Positions 27,985 to 38,844 are shown, counted from the first letter of the stretch. The stretch: 64,000 nucleotides of DNA from Candidatus Woesebacteria bacterium RIFCSPLOWO2_01_FULL_39_23 (GCA_001793095.1 MGHG01000005.1:6569-70568), one strand, 5' to 3'. A program made the numbers and translations. The notes: generated by a model from the letters alone, not told the origin.

Positions 27985-28671
27985 ATGGATTTAGAGAATA
28001 AAAGTCAAAAAGGCTTTGCCCAAGTTTTGATCATAATAATCCTGGCTGTCCTTGTTGTCGGAGGAATTGGGTATTATGCATACAAAAATGGACAGACCCG
28101 CCTGCCGGACGGGCAGGTAAAAACAACTTCTCAATCATCTCCTTCCCCCACTCCTACAATAGATACCTCAAATTGGAAAACTTACTCAAGCGAAGCCGGG
28201 TGGATACTCAAATATCCGAAAAATTGGTACGTATACGATAAGGGTTATAAGTTAGGTAATAAAAATGAATATTTAAATAATTACCACACTGTATCCTTTA
28301 GCCCCAATAAATTTCCGGAATCTATCCTTGAAGGTACTGAATTTGCATATAAAGGATTATCAGTAAGTTTTGACCCGAGCAACTTGGATCTCGATAAGGT
28401 ATTAGAAAATGCAAAAAATGATAAAAGTTTTGTTAGCGGAAATAAAATCGAAGTTGCAGGTAAATCAGCAGTAAAATTGATTTACGATTCACGAAGTGAA
28501 AATAACTTACCTCCAGCATTCAGGGAACAACGGGTATTATACAAGATTAATTATTCAATGTTTAATTTTTCTTTACTTAGCATTTCTTATAACTTAAGCG
28601 ACATGCAAACTCTCGAAGATAATCCATATAATCAAATCCTCTCCACCCTTCGGTTTGACTCGGGGCTGTAG
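27985..28671 (+). CDS. surface protein with pilin-like (KGF) N-terminus
   Basis: QKGFAQVLIII...GIGYYAYKNGQ; ends NQILSTL. Confidence 0.7.
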   Translation: MDLENKSQKGFAQVLIIIILAVLVVGGIGYYAYKNGQTRLPDGQVKTTSQSSPSPTPTIDTSNWKTYSSEAGWILKYPKNWYVYDKGYKLGNKNEYLNNYHTVSFSPNKFPESILEGTEFAYKGLSVSFDPSNLDLDKVLENAKNDKSFVSGNKIEVAGKSAVKLIYDSRSENNLPPAFREQRVLYKINYSMFNFSLLSISYNLSDMQTLEDNPYNQILSTLRFDSGL

Positions 28672-28741
28672 CCCTACGATTTAACTCAGGGCTATAGCTT
28701 TTAAGTTTTTAGATTAAAAATTGTGATATAATTTGTTCACA

Positions 28742-28990
28742 ATGGCTAAAAAGAAAGTAAAAATTCTGCAGTATAACGCGGTTATTCAGGAAGAAAAAGA
28801 GGGTGGATACTCTGTTTGGGTTCCCGCCTTACCGGGTTGTACTTCTCAAGGTGAAACATTTGAAGAAGCAGTAAAAAACATCAAGGAGGCAATTGAACTT
28901 TATTTGGAATCGTCCCCTGAAATTCTGGAATATGGCGACGAAAAGAACGACAAACAGTTTCTGGTACCTATAAAGGTAAGGTATGCCTAA
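28742..28990 (+). CDS. hicB: HicB-family antitoxin
   Basis: EGGYSVWVPALPGCTSQGETFEEA..NIKEAI.LYLE. Confidence 0.9.
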   Translation: MAKKKVKILQYNAVIQEEKEGGYSVWVPALPGCTSQGETFEEAVKNIKEAIELYLESSPEILEYGDEKNDKQFLVPIKVRYA

Positions 28991-29222
28991 ACTGCCCCAA
29001 GTTAGTGGACGCGAAGTAATAAAAGTCTTGAGAAAAATAGGATTTGAAAAAGTTTCTCAAAAAGGAAGCCATATTAAACTTCAGAGACAGAAAGCAAATA
29101 CCACACAAATTATAATTGTCCCCGATCATAAAATTATAAAGAAAGGAACGCTCCGAAACGGAATTTTAAAACCTATCCCTCTTACTGTTGAAGAATTTTT
29201 AAGTTTACTCAAGAGAAAATGA
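28983..29222 (+). CDS. hicA: HicA-family toxin
   Basis: LRKIGF....QKGSH...VPDH..IKKGTL. Confidence 0.9.
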   Translation: MPKLPQVSGREVIKVLRKIGFEKVSQKGSHIKLQRQKANTTQIIIVPDHKIIKKGTLRNGILKPIPLTVEEFLSLLKRK

Positions 29223-30115
29223 ACAAAAATCTAAGCCCCGTACCAAACTCTGTTCTGGTGCGTGGGTCAAACGGTTTTGTTCCTCTCATCATTCTTTTAG
29301 TCATAACCTTATTAACTTCTATTGGAATTGGGTATTATGCGTATAAAAATGGACAAATAAAATTACCTTCTCAAGAACCTACTCAAAAAAGTGAAAATTC
29401 TATAGGAATTGGATTCGGTCTGTCTGAAAGAACCCTCCCCTTTTTACGCTATCTGACAAATGCCAATGATTTTGTTGATCTCATGAACATCACTAAATCT
29501 TCTGATTTAATAACAAATGCCAACGAAAAATCAATTCAGACAGTATGCATAGCCAGATCTCTCGATGGACTAAAAGAAATCGCCGCTTTGGCGAAAGAAA
29601 AAGAGGTGATATGTAACTATCTTGGTTATAATCCGGAAGATCGTGAGGGAACTCCGGAGGAAGAATTAAACGACTTCGTCGGATCTAGCCAAAAAGCACA
29701 ACAGACTGTGCAAAGTTATGGACTAAAACTGGTTAACGGCCCCGGCTTGAAATATATAAGTAAACAGGAAGAGAATTACGCACAAGCAGCGAAGTTTACA
29801 GATATTTGGCTTATTCAAACCCAAGGTTTAACTATAGATAAAAAAACAAACAAACACGCAACTCCGGAAGAATACAACCAATCAGTAAAAAGGGTTGCAG
29901 ACATGCTTAGGAGTGGAAATCCGGAGGTTAAAATATGGGCACAAATAGTACTCACTCCGGGAGGGGTTGAAGCAGCACAATTTACGCCAGAAGAAATCGT
30001 TGCCTATATTAAGTCAGTTGAAGGAACGGTTGATGCAGTTAGAATTTATACAACAGGTACTCCCAACTTTGAAGACATTCTTCAAAAAATTATCAATCTA
30101 TTACGTCCCAGTTGA
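29219..30115 (+). CDS. surface protein with pilin-like N-terminus and a different (possibly TIM-barrel) ectodomain
   Basis: NGFVPLIILL...GIGYYAYKNGQ shared with its neighbours. Confidence 0.65.
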   Translation: MNKNLSPVPNSVLVRGSNGFVPLIILLVITLLTSIGIGYYAYKNGQIKLPSQEPTQKSENSIGIGFGLSERTLPFLRYLTNANDFVDLMNITKSSDLITNANEKSIQTVCIARSLDGLKEIAALAKEKEVICNYLGYNPEDREGTPEEELNDFVGSSQKAQQTVQSYGLKLVNGPGLKYISKQEENYAQAAKFTDIWLIQTQGLTIDKKTNKHATPEEYNQSVKRVADMLRSGNPEVKIWAQIVLTPGGVEAAQFTPEEIVAYIKSVEGTVDAVRIYTTGTPNFEDILQKIINLLRPS

Positions 30116-30176
30116 AACCTCCTCACAAAAAAACTCCCTCTTAAAACCTATTGCTTTCGTTGTTACAATATAGGTA

Positions 30177-32435
30177 GTGGAGCACCTCCTCCCATATAAA
30201 CCAGATGAGAAATTTGCCCAAAAAATAGCCAAAGTTGCCTTCAAGCTAATACTAAGGCTACTAGCTTTTATTGGCAAACCCTTTTACCTCGGTATTTTAA
30301 GTGTTTTTCTCTTTACAATTTATATTTATTATGGGGTAAAGAAAATAGACCGAAACCACGATCTTTTTTTGATTAAATTATCCTCTTCATTAAAAACAAG
30401 CCTCAAAAAACCGCTCATAAAAACAAAGCTCTTCTTTCTTCAAAAAACGTACAATAGAAAAGCTCATGTATCGAAAAACTTATTAATTAGCATTTCAATC
30501 ATTACAGTCCTACTTACATTCTCTACCACCTTCTTTTGGACTTATATTATGGAGGATCTTCCCTCTCCTAAAGTTTTATCAACGCGGGCGTCAGAAGTTT
30601 CGACGAAAATATACGACAGAAACGGCGTCTTACTCTACAAAATTTATAAAGATCAAAATCGAACACCGGTAAAACTTAGTGAACTTCCTAAAAATGTGAT
30701 TCTCTCAACTCTGGCCATCGAAGACGCTGAATTCTACTCCCACCCGGGTTTTTCTCTTAGAGGCATGTCGAGGGCATTAATTAAAAATACTTTACAAGGT
30801 AAACTAACCGGAGGCTCAACAATTACCCAACAGCTTGTAAAAAATACTCTATTATCACCCGAAAAAACGTTCAGCAGAAAGCTGAGAGAATTAGTTTTGG
30901 CCATAGAGGTTGAATTCTATTTCAGTAAAGATCAAATTCTCGAAATGTATCTTAATGAAGTATCTTACGGTGGAACGGCCTATGGAATTGAAGAGGCCTC
31001 TAAGTTTTATTTTGGTAAAAATGCACAAGAACTTACTTTAGCCGAGGCGGCACTCTTAGCTGGTTTACCCCAAAGTCCGACTAAATTTTCCCCGTTTGGT
31101 TCGAATCCAAAAACTGCAAAGGAAAGGCAAAAAGAGGTCTTGGATCAAATGGTCAAAGATTTATTCATATCTGAAGCTCAAAAGGAAGATGCTCTTAAAG
31201 AAGAGTTAAAGTACGCCAATAACACAATTGATATAAAAGCCCCACATTTTGTTATGTATGTTCGCGACCTTTTGGAAGATAAATATGGGAAAGGCGTTGT
31301 AGAAAAAGGAGGACTAGAAGTTGTAACCACGCTTGATCTTAAAACCCAACACATGACTGAAAAGGTAGTTGCCGAGGAAATTCCAAAACTTGTAAATTAC
31401 CACGTAGGTAATGGTGCAGCTCTTGTTGCTAATCCTCAAACCGGTGAGATACTTGCAATGGTCGGAAGTAAAAATTATTTTGATATTCCTTCGGAAGGAA
31501 ATGTCAATGTACTTACGTCCCTTCAACAACCGGGTTCTTCTATAAAGATTGTTAATTATGCTTATGCACTTACTCACGGATATACCGCTTCTTCTATAAT
31601 CAACGATGCTCCAATAAGCTATAAAATTGCAGGACAAACCCCTTATTCACCCAAAAATTATGATGGCAAGTTTCGGGGAAAACTCACTTTAAGAAGCGCT
31701 TTTGCCGAATCCCGTAATGTTCCTGCAGTCAAAGTTTTAGCAAGTTATGGAGTTGACAAGATGATTGATCAGGGAAGAAAAATGGGCATAACTACATGGA
31801 ATGATCCGTCAAACTACGGGCTCTCTATTACCTTGGGAGGAGCGGATATAAAACCATTGGAGTTAGCCCAAGTTTATTCCGTCGTAGCAAATTACGGTAC
31901 AAGAGTAGATTTCAATCCGATACTGAAGGTGACAAATTATAAAGGTAAAGTTTTAGAAGATAAAACCGATCGCCATGTTGAGGTGGTTCTGGATCCCCGC
32001 GTTGCATTTATTATAACTGACATATTAAAAGATAATAAGGCTCGTACTCCGGCGTTCGGTGCTAACTCACTTCTTAACATCCCCAATCACAAAGAAGTCG
32101 CAGTAAAAACCGGCACGAGTAATGCTCTTCGTGACAATTTTGCAATCGGTTATAACCAATATTATTTAACTCTGGCTTGGGTAGGAAATAACGACAACTC
32201 TCCGATGTCGAGGATTGCTTCGGGAGTAACCGGAGCAACGCCTATTTTTAACAAAATTATGACTAACCTCCTGGCAGACAGATCAAATCATCCATGGGAA
32301 ATTCCGGCAGGTGTTGAGAAAAAGAAAATCTGTTCCTCCTATAAAAAAGCAGATAGCGAAGAAATTATAGTTAAAAGCTTCGAGGAGTGGTTTTTAAAGG
32401 AAAATGCCCCGAAAAGTACCTGCTTACTTCACTGA
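30177..32435 (+). CDS. bifunctional penicillin-binding protein 1A family (second paralog)
   Basis: EDAEFY.H.G, GGSTITQQLVKN, SSIK, SRN, KTGT. Confidence 0.95.
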   Translation: MEHLLPYKPDEKFAQKIAKVAFKLILRLLAFIGKPFYLGILSVFLFTIYIYYGVKKIDRNHDLFLIKLSSSLKTSLKKPLIKTKLFFLQKTYNRKAHVSKNLLISISIITVLLTFSTTFFWTYIMEDLPSPKVLSTRASEVSTKIYDRNGVLLYKIYKDQNRTPVKLSELPKNVILSTLAIEDAEFYSHPGFSLRGMSRALIKNTLQGKLTGGSTITQQLVKNTLLSPEKTFSRKLRELVLAIEVEFYFSKDQILEMYLNEVSYGGTAYGIEEASKFYFGKNAQELTLAEAALLAGLPQSPTKFSPFGSNPKTAKERQKEVLDQMVKDLFISEAQKEDALKEELKYANNTIDIKAPHFVMYVRDLLEDKYGKGVVEKGGLEVVTTLDLKTQHMTEKVVAEEIPKLVNYHVGNGAALVANPQTGEILAMVGSKNYFDIPSEGNVNVLTSLQQPGSSIKIVNYAYALTHGYTASSIINDAPISYKIAGQTPYSPKNYDGKFRGKLTLRSAFAESRNVPAVKVLASYGVDKMIDQGRKMGITTWNDPSNYGLSITLGGADIKPLELAQVYSVVANYGTRVDFNPILKVTNYKGKVLEDKTDRHVEVVLDPRVAFIITDILKDNKARTPAFGANSLLNIPNHKEVAVKTGTSNALRDNFAIGYNQYYLTLAWVGNNDNSPMSRIASGVTGATPIFNKIMTNLLADRSNHPWEIPAGVEKKKICSSYKKADSEEIIVKSFEEWFLKENAPKSTCLLH

Positions 32436-33659
32436 AGTTTCGCCTTGGTATATTATTTCCGAAAGCTTGGGAATTACCTCATCTGCCTCTTTTTCAACAA
32501 CTCCCTTGGTCATAATAACAGCTACATAAGGCCCCCCTCCGGGCTGGAGGTCTTTCTCCGAACCTTGAGGTTCTCTGAACCGGAGGTCGGCATATATGAT
32601 TCCGCCGTCATTAACTACATGTACTTCACGTCCGTATTTATGGGCAACTCTTATATTCTCCGGCACACCTCCTGCTAGCCAATTTTCAAAGACTGTGTCC
32701 GTCAAATACCCCAGAATCTCATTTGCGGATTTCTCAGTCAGAATAGTTGTCTGCCCGCCACCTGCCCGCAAGGTCTCGCCACGCGTGACAGACGGGTTGC
32801 TGCGCTCAGGCGCTGGCAGGCTGGCTTTCCAAAGTTTTTCAAATATTACTCCGATATCTTTGGGGGTGGTTGCATTCTCAGCCAAATTGGTTGATGTCAA
32901 ACCTATATCAGATATTATTTCCTTGATTTTTTCCTCCCCGAGTAACTTTCGACAAATATTGAAAGCGGTATTATCCGACTGTTTACCCATTAACCCCACC
33001 AAATTCCGATACGTCGTTTCATAACCAACAGGTTTTCCGTATAAACTTCCTGAACCGACGACCTTATCACTGGCCGTGAGCTTGTATTTGGTATCTAAAT
33101 CAATATTTCCTTTCTCGGCTTCCATAAACATACCGACAATTACCGGAAGCTTTATTAAAGAAGCCGCTTCAAATACCTCATCTTCATACTCGCCGTAAGT
33201 AAATCCGCTACTAAGCTCAATAACGTAAAATCCGTAAACGCCGGAGAGATAGCTGGTTGCATCTTTAAATTTCTGAGTTACCTCAAGAGCTTTCTCCTCA
33301 TCTTTCTTTTTACCGGTAATAACAATTGTTTCCTCCCCCCAAAAAGGACTTGATATTTTAGGGATCCCGAATTTGGGCAGACCGGGGAATTTTCCCTCCC
33401 TGGCGTCTAAAGCCAAATAGAATGACGTTCCGGCAGTAAAAATCAACAAGGTTAGAAGTAATATTCTGTCTATCCTACTCCACTCCCGAGGAGGTTCTTT
33501 TCTTTTTCTCCTACCGACGTTGTCGGCCAAGCTCTGCTTATTTTCAGATTTTAAGTCTTTAAAATCTTTACTCTTCGGTCTCCTTCTTAAGGGTTTTTCT
33601 ACCAGCTCCTCATCATAGTCATCTTCATTTATTTTCTTAGTCTTTTTGAATAACACCAT
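32424..33659 (-). CDS. class A beta-lactamase-like serine hydrolase with in-frame repeat insertions
   Basis: ASLIK (SxxK), SDN, AHKYG; N-terminal TM. Confidence 0.85.
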   Translation of the reverse strand: MVLFKKTKKINEDDYDEELVEKPLRRRPKSKDFKDLKSENKQSLADNVGRRKRKEPPREWSRIDRILLLTLLIFTAGTSFYLALDAREGKFPGLPKFGIPKISSPFWGEETIVITGKKKDEEKALEVTQKFKDATSYLSGVYGFYVIELSSGFTYGEYEDEVFEAASLIKLPVIVGMFMEAEKGNIDLDTKYKLTASDKVVGSGSLYGKPVGYETTYRNLVGLMGKQSDNTAFNICRKLLGEEKIKEIISDIGLTSTNLAENATTPKDIGVIFEKLWKASLPAPERSNPSVTRGETLRAGGGQTTILTEKSANEILGYLTDTVFENWLAGGVPENIRVAHKYGREVHVVNDGGIIYADLRFREPQGSEKDLQPGGGPYVAVIMTKGVVEKEADEVIPKLSEIIYQGETSVK

Positions 33660-33832
33660 ATATCCATTTTACAATGAAATTTTGGCTATTAATATATGAA
33701 GTAGATTAGGATTTTCTTCGGAATATTAGTGTGGAATATTGCTTAAAAGATAAGAGGTATTTATTTACTCAAAACAAATTATTTTCTCCGATTATTCGCT
33801 CCAAGCCGATTAATGAAAAAAGGCACTCTAAC

Positions 33833-34858
33833 TTAAGCTACTTTGTACCTAACTAATTCTTTCTCGGTGTTTGCCCGCGCCTGAGGCCATACTTCTTTGT
33901 TAATAATATTTTCAGGTACTTGGCCAGAAAGTACTTGGAGTACCGCATCAACTGCGAGTTGCCCCATCTTTTCCCTGGCTTCATGGGTACCGGAGGCGAT
34001 ATGGGGTGTTAATACAACATTCTCCATGCCAATTAACTCAGGATTGATGTTCGGCTCGACTTCAAAAACATCGAGGGCAGCTCCACTTAAATGGCCGCTC
34101 CTCAGGGCGTCAACTAATGCATGTTCGTCGACAATTGGTCCTCGGGCAGTATTGATTAAATAACATCCCTGTTTTAACTTTCCCAGGCTTTCGGCATTGA
34201 CCATTCCTCTAGTTTCATCAGTCAACGGAACATGCAGTGATACAAAATCGCTCTCGCGAAGTAATCGATCAAGATCTGAAAATTCGATACCTATGTCCTT
34301 CTCGGCGTCAGTATCAGGAGTTCTTTTATTGTATAGGACTCGCATTTCAAAGCCTTTTGCGCGTTTGGCGACCATTGTTCCGATCCTGCCTAAACCGATA
34401 ACGCCCAGGGTTTTCCCCTTCAATGATTTCCCAAGAAAGATATTGGGTTCCCAGCCTCTATAACTTCCCCGCCTTGTCGATTCATCGGCTTCAACAATCC
34501 TTCGGGTTAAGGCCAGAAGCAGTGCCCATGTATGTTCGGCTACGGCTTCATTAACTTCCTCGCATGGCGTATTAGCTGCGATTATGCCCCGATCGGATAG
34601 TTCAGGAACATTGATATTGTCAAAACCTACTGCATAATTTGAAACAACTTTAAGTTGAGGTCCAATTGCATCTACGAGCTCGCCGTCAATTTTGTCTGTA
34701 AGAAGAGTGAGAAGCGCATCGCATCCTTTTCCTTTATCAATTAATTCTTCCTGGGTAATCGGTCTGTCGAACTCGGAGATAGTTACCCCATTGCCTGATT
34801 CTTTTAATCTATCGAGTGCAGTTCCCGGAAATTTTCTTGTAACAAATATTTTTGACAT
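33833..34858 (-). CDS. D-2-hydroxyacid dehydrogenase (glyoxylate/D-glycerate type)
   Basis: GLGRIG, NTARG, LDVFE.EP, TPHIAS. Confidence 0.93.
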   Translation of the reverse strand: MSKIFVTRKFPGTALDRLKESGNGVTISEFDRPITQEELIDKGKGCDALLTLLTDKIDGELVDAIGPQLKVVSNYAVGFDNINVPELSDRGIIAANTPCEEVNEAVAEHTWALLLALTRRIVEADESTRRGSYRGWEPNIFLGKSLKGKTLGVIGLGRIGTMVAKRAKGFEMRVLYNKRTPDTDAEKDIGIEFSDLDRLLRESDFVSLHVPLTDETRGMVNAESLGKLKQGCYLINTARGPIVDEHALVDALRSGHLSGAALDVFEVEPNINPELIGMENVVLTPHIASGTHEAREKMGQLAVDAVLQVLSGQVPENIINKEVWPQARANTEKELVRYKVA

Positions 34859-34977
34859 AAACTACTGCGGCCTAAAGGCTGTAGTATTCGCGCCTTTCAG
34901 GCTCGACAAGTTTGTTGCGTTCGATTCACCCCCGGCATAAATGCCGGTGTACTCTCGAATGCAATAGATTAATAGTA

Positions 34978-35232
34978 CTATCCCTGGTGTAATTGGGTCA
35001 AATTTGTTTCTAATATTTTTTCAACGACATCTCTTGGCTCGATAAGGTATTTCTCACTACAATTGGCTCCCGTAAGTATATAAAACTGAGGACCTTTACC
35101 ATTTGTTTCTGTAATTATAACAGCGGGTATTCCTCCCCTCTCATTATCTACAACTTGGAGAAATCTTGCTGTATTAACAAATTTTATTAACCCATCTCTT
35201 TTAATACCGTCTAAAATATCTCTTTCTGCCAC
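34978..35232 (-). CDS. hypothetical protein (MAERD...)
   Basis: ORF track; probable GTG start at 35232 after AAGGAG. Confidence 0.5.
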   Translation of the reverse strand: MAERDILDGIKRDGLIKFVNTARFLQVVDNERGGIPAVIITETNGKGPQFYILTGANCSEKYLIEPRDVVEKILETNLTQLHQG

Positions 35233-35233
35233 C

Positions 35234-36226
35234 TTAAAACTCCTTAACTTCAACTCCGCTCGATTTAGCTCTAGCCATCCATGTTTGCATCCCCTCACCT
35301 GTTAAAAGACCTTTTTGTGCACCGATATAACCAATCACCGAAGCTGAATTAACAGTTCCCTGTAAGAGTGCTTCGTCGATATTTTTGCCTTTAATGAGAG
35401 CTGCCAGGCAGCCCGACCCGAAAGCGTCTCCGGCACCCGTTCTTTCAAACGAATCCACAGGCATAACTCCTGCTTGGTAATATTTGCCTTCAAACAGCGT
35501 AAAAGAGCCGTTAACACCGTCTGTTATTATTGGAATTTTGGGTCCGAGCGCAGCTACAGCATCCAGCAGTTCCTTATCCTTACCCGTACTTTCCGTCCGG
35601 CCGCTTAATTTTTCCGCTTCTTCTCTATTTATGTAAAGAATAGTTGCAATACTCAAAACATTTTTCAACTTTTCAACCCCTACCCTAAGTTGTCTGCTTC
35701 CGGGATTAAATACCAATTTAACATCAGGGTGGGATTTAACCCAATCAACAACGCGTGTGTAAATACTTTCAAAGTCATCACCCGCAGAGGTCAAATATAT
35801 CCACGAAGCTGATGGCATCTCTTCAGGAAACTTATAATTAATTTCATCTTTGTATGTAAACATCGTTCTCTCACCGGAATAATTTATTGCTAGTGAATAA
35901 TTTGATCTTTTCTCAGGCAACCTGTAAACATGTGATACATCAACGCCTTCTTTCATCAAGGTTTCTACTATCTGATCACCTATTTTATCTGCCCCTAATG
36001 TAAGTATGGTTGAATTTTTTATCCCAAGCCTTTGTGTACCAACCCCGTTATTTGCAGCGTTTCCACCTATTGAAAACTCCAAATCCCTAATTGGAATCTT
36101 ATCGCCATACGAAAAACAAATCAGACAATCCTTGTCGTTTAGTTGACACAGTGTTTCAGTCTCGGTCGGAAATATGAAAGCATCCAGCGACGCATCGCCT
36201 ATTGTTAAAAGATCAAATTCGCTCAT
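35234..36226 (-). CDS. PfkB-family carbohydrate kinase
   Basis: GGNAANNG, FNPG, IN.EEA, RTGAGDAF. Confidence 0.93.
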   Translation of the reverse strand: MSEFDLLTIGDASLDAFIFPTETETLCQLNDKDCLICFSYGDKIPIRDLEFSIGGNAANNGVGTQRLGIKNSTILTLGADKIGDQIVETLMKEGVDVSHVYRLPEKRSNYSLAINYSGERTMFTYKDEINYKFPEEMPSASWIYLTSAGDDFESIYTRVVDWVKSHPDVKLVFNPGSRQLRVGVEKLKNVLSIATILYINREEAEKLSGRTESTGKDKELLDAVAALGPKIPIITDGVNGSFTLFEGKYYQAGVMPVDSFERTGAGDAFGSGCLAALIKGKNIDEALLQGTVNSASVIGYIGAQKGLLTGEGMQTWMARAKSSGVEVKEF

Positions 36227-36227
36227 A

Positions 36228-37223
36228 TTAATAATCTCCTGACCTTGCTAAACTGTTTAACCTTGCCCGTTCATAGAAAAGTTGCTGTGCATGCGCGATA
36301 TTTTCAGATTTTCCCACCCAAGCTTTGAGGGCGGGCTCCTGAAGAGCTCTTCCGAAAGAGAAACTCAGCTTCCAGGGAATATTTTCAAGCTCATTAAGTT
36401 TATCGAGATGGTCTGTTGAATCCTCGGGAGAATCGCCACCTGAAAGAAATACAACTCCCGGAAGTTCATCGGGTAGAACTTCTTTAAAAACCCGCAGAGT
36501 AGTCTTGGCAATTTCTTTACTGTCCGACTTCTCAGGATAATCAAATCCGGGGTGGACCCAGCTGGCTTTAAGAAGCATGCCTTTTATATAAACCCTGTGT
36601 CTTGATAGAGCAATAAAAAGATTCTTCATCATCCGTTTCGACACCTCAGCCGACCTTTCAAGCGTGTGACTTCCCTCCATTAAAACCTCTGGCTCGACAA
36701 TTGGCACCATGTCCTGTTCTTGCGATAGGGCAGCAAAACGGGCTAACGCTTCACAATTTGCATATATACATCCGTCCGTCGGCAAATCTTTATCAATCTT
36801 TATGACTGCACGCCATTTTGTAAATTCCGCACCAAGATTGACATAATCACTCAACCTCTCGCGAAGAGAGTCCAATCCTTCGGTTATTTTCTCTCCCGGA
36901 AAATTTGCCATGTCTTTTGCGCCCATATCGACTTTAATACCGGGAGTTATTCCAATCTTTGCGAGACAGTCAGGAAAAGCTATTCCCCCGTCCGTATTTT
37001 GTCTAATCGTCTCGTCGAATAAAATAACACCGCTTATGAAATTCTTTATATTGGGTGTTGTAAAGAGCATCTGACGATAAAGCCTGTGGTTTTCGGGAGT
37101 TGAAGCGACACCAACTGAGTCAAAACGCTTCTTTATTGAGCCAGTACTTTCATCGGCAGCTAAGATACCCTTCCCCTCGAAGATCAGTCTATGCACTCGT
37201 GTTTCAAGTTTAGCTTTATCCAT
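36228..37223 (-). CDS. fructose-bisphosphate aldolase class I
   Basis: KGILAADES, GIKVD, KWRAV, VPIVEPEV, FLSGG, SFSFGRALQ. Confidence 0.95.
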   Translation of the reverse strand: MDKAKLETRVHRLIFEGKGILAADESTGSIKKRFDSVGVASTPENHRLYRQMLFTTPNIKNFISGVILFDETIRQNTDGGIAFPDCLAKIGITPGIKVDMGAKDMANFPGEKITEGLDSLRERLSDYVNLGAEFTKWRAVIKIDKDLPTDGCIYANCEALARFAALSQEQDMVPIVEPEVLMEGSHTLERSAEVSKRMMKNLFIALSRHRVYIKGMLLKASWVHPGFDYPEKSDSKEIAKTTLRVFKEVLPDELPGVVFLSGGDSPEDSTDHLDKLNELENIPWKLSFSFGRALQEPALKAWVGKSENIAHAQQLFYERARLNSLARSGDY

Positions 37224-37290
37224 AACTATTATCCAATCTACCATTTTCTGGTTGCAAGAACAAGAAAAATAATTCATAATTTAACCCAGC

Positions 37291-38376
37291 ATGAAGCCTG
37301 CCGATCCAACCAGAACTAATCCTAGCGGCCCAACAGGGTCGGTATTTCCGTCTTCGAACGACTTAACCTCCCAACAGCAAACTCCTACTCAAAATATCAC
37401 CGAGCCTCAACCTGTCGAGCCAATAATTAAGCCTAACATAACGGTTCCTGAGCAACCTGAACCTAATCAGCCAACTGCACCGGTTTTCCCTCAATTTCAG
37501 AACACGCCTCCGAGTATGCCGGCAGCTACTTATTCCAATCCTTTTGAGACTGTTACCCCACCCGTAACTCCGCCTCAACCCACAGTTCCTATCACTAATC
37601 AGGCTTCCCCAATGGATCCGCCACCATCTCCGCCATCAGTTGGGCCGTCAATCCAAGATACAACTCCTAATCTGAATGAAGTAATTACTCCTCGAAGATC
37701 AAGAAGTAAATTGCCCATTTTGCTTATTCTTGGAATTTTAATCTTATTAGTTGCTGGTGGCGTCGGGTATCTGGCTTATCAAAATATGCAACTTAAAAAT
37801 AAAGTCACACAAACTCCCTTGACTCAAGTCGCTACACCGACACCTGATATTTATACAAACCTAAAAACTTTTAGGAGTAATATTATTCCTGTTGAATTCA
37901 AAGTACCATCCGACTGGGAAGTCAGCGAAAGTCAAAACCAAGAACTAGGCAATCAGAAAATTATAAGTGTTAAATCTCTAGATTTTGCCTATGAAGGATC
38001 GGCCATCTCGAAGGGCTTTGAATTTAGAGTTGGGCCGATGAATGATCTTACCCAAAAGTACGATGCTTTCGAAGAATTTACAGCCGAAGAGAATAAAGAC
38101 GGGAAAAACGATCTTGTTGTCTTAAATGGCATCAAATGGCTTAAAAATGGATCAAGCGCAAAAACCTTAATAGATAGGACTCCAGTACCAGTCGCGCTTT
38201 ACACCGGAACTTCTCAAGCCAACGTTGGAGTTATTCTTTTTAACAAAATTCTTTCTTCATTCAGAATAGTTTCCCAGGTAACTCAAAGTACGCCGTCTGC
38301 TTCACCTTCTCCAAATTTAACCGGACCGACCACATCTCCCACAGCAACGCCTGCAGTTTCAGTTGACAATTTGTAG
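37291..38376 (+). CDS. Pro/Thr-rich membrane protein with PsbP-like ectodomain
   Basis: Low-complexity N-terminus, TM, FKVPSDW, NKILSSF. Confidence 0.7.
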   Translation: MKPADPTRTNPSGPTGSVFPSSNDLTSQQQTPTQNITEPQPVEPIIKPNITVPEQPEPNQPTAPVFPQFQNTPPSMPAATYSNPFETVTPPVTPPQPTVPITNQASPMDPPPSPPSVGPSIQDTTPNLNEVITPRRSRSKLPILLILGILILLVAGGVGYLAYQNMQLKNKVTQTPLTQVATPTPDIYTNLKTFRSNIIPVEFKVPSDWEVSESQNQELGNQKIISVKSLDFAYEGSAISKGFEFRVGPMNDLTQKYDAFEEFTAEENKDGKNDLVVLNGIKWLKNGSSAKTLIDRTPVPVALYTGTSQANVGVILFNKILSSFRIVSQVTQSTPSASPSPNLTGPTTSPTATPAVSVDNL

Positions 38377-38387
38377 AAGTGTGAAAT

Positions 38388-38798
38388 ATGTTCAAACCTC
38401 CACACAAAAAGATCATAAAGACTAAGGAGAAACTTCTTTACCCTTCCCTGATAATTCTTCTTCTTACTGTCATTTCCTACTTCATCCTGGTAAAAATACG
38501 TGTAAATAGATTCCTAAGTACACAAGGATTAACCTCCTTACCTACTCCGACACAAAGTTTAAACCCGAGTCCGACTCAAAAACCCAATATAACGCCTACG
38601 CCTTCTGAAAAAAGCGGGGGCTGTTTTATAGGTGGTTGTAACGGAGAAATTTGCGCTGATGAAAAAATGGCTTCCCCATGTATTTATAAACCCGAATTTG
38701 CATGTTATAAAAAAGCTGTTTGTGAAAGACAGGATAATGGGTCATGTGGTTGGACGCAAACGGAAGAATCAATTACCTGTTTTGGAGCCTCAATGTAA
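38388..38798 (+). CDS. membrane protein with cysteine-cluster domain
   Basis: C..GGCNGEIC...C.....FACY....C......C.W. Confidence 0.7.
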   Translation: MFKPPHKKIIKTKEKLLYPSLIILLLTVISYFILVKIRVNRFLSTQGLTSLPTPTQSLNPSPTQKPNITPTPSEKSGGCFIGGCNGEICADEKMASPCIYKPEFACYKKAVCERQDNGSCGWTQTEESITCFGASM

Positions 38799-38844
38799 AT
38801 TTGAAAAATTGACAAGAGTCTCAAAAAAAAGCACAATCTAAATA

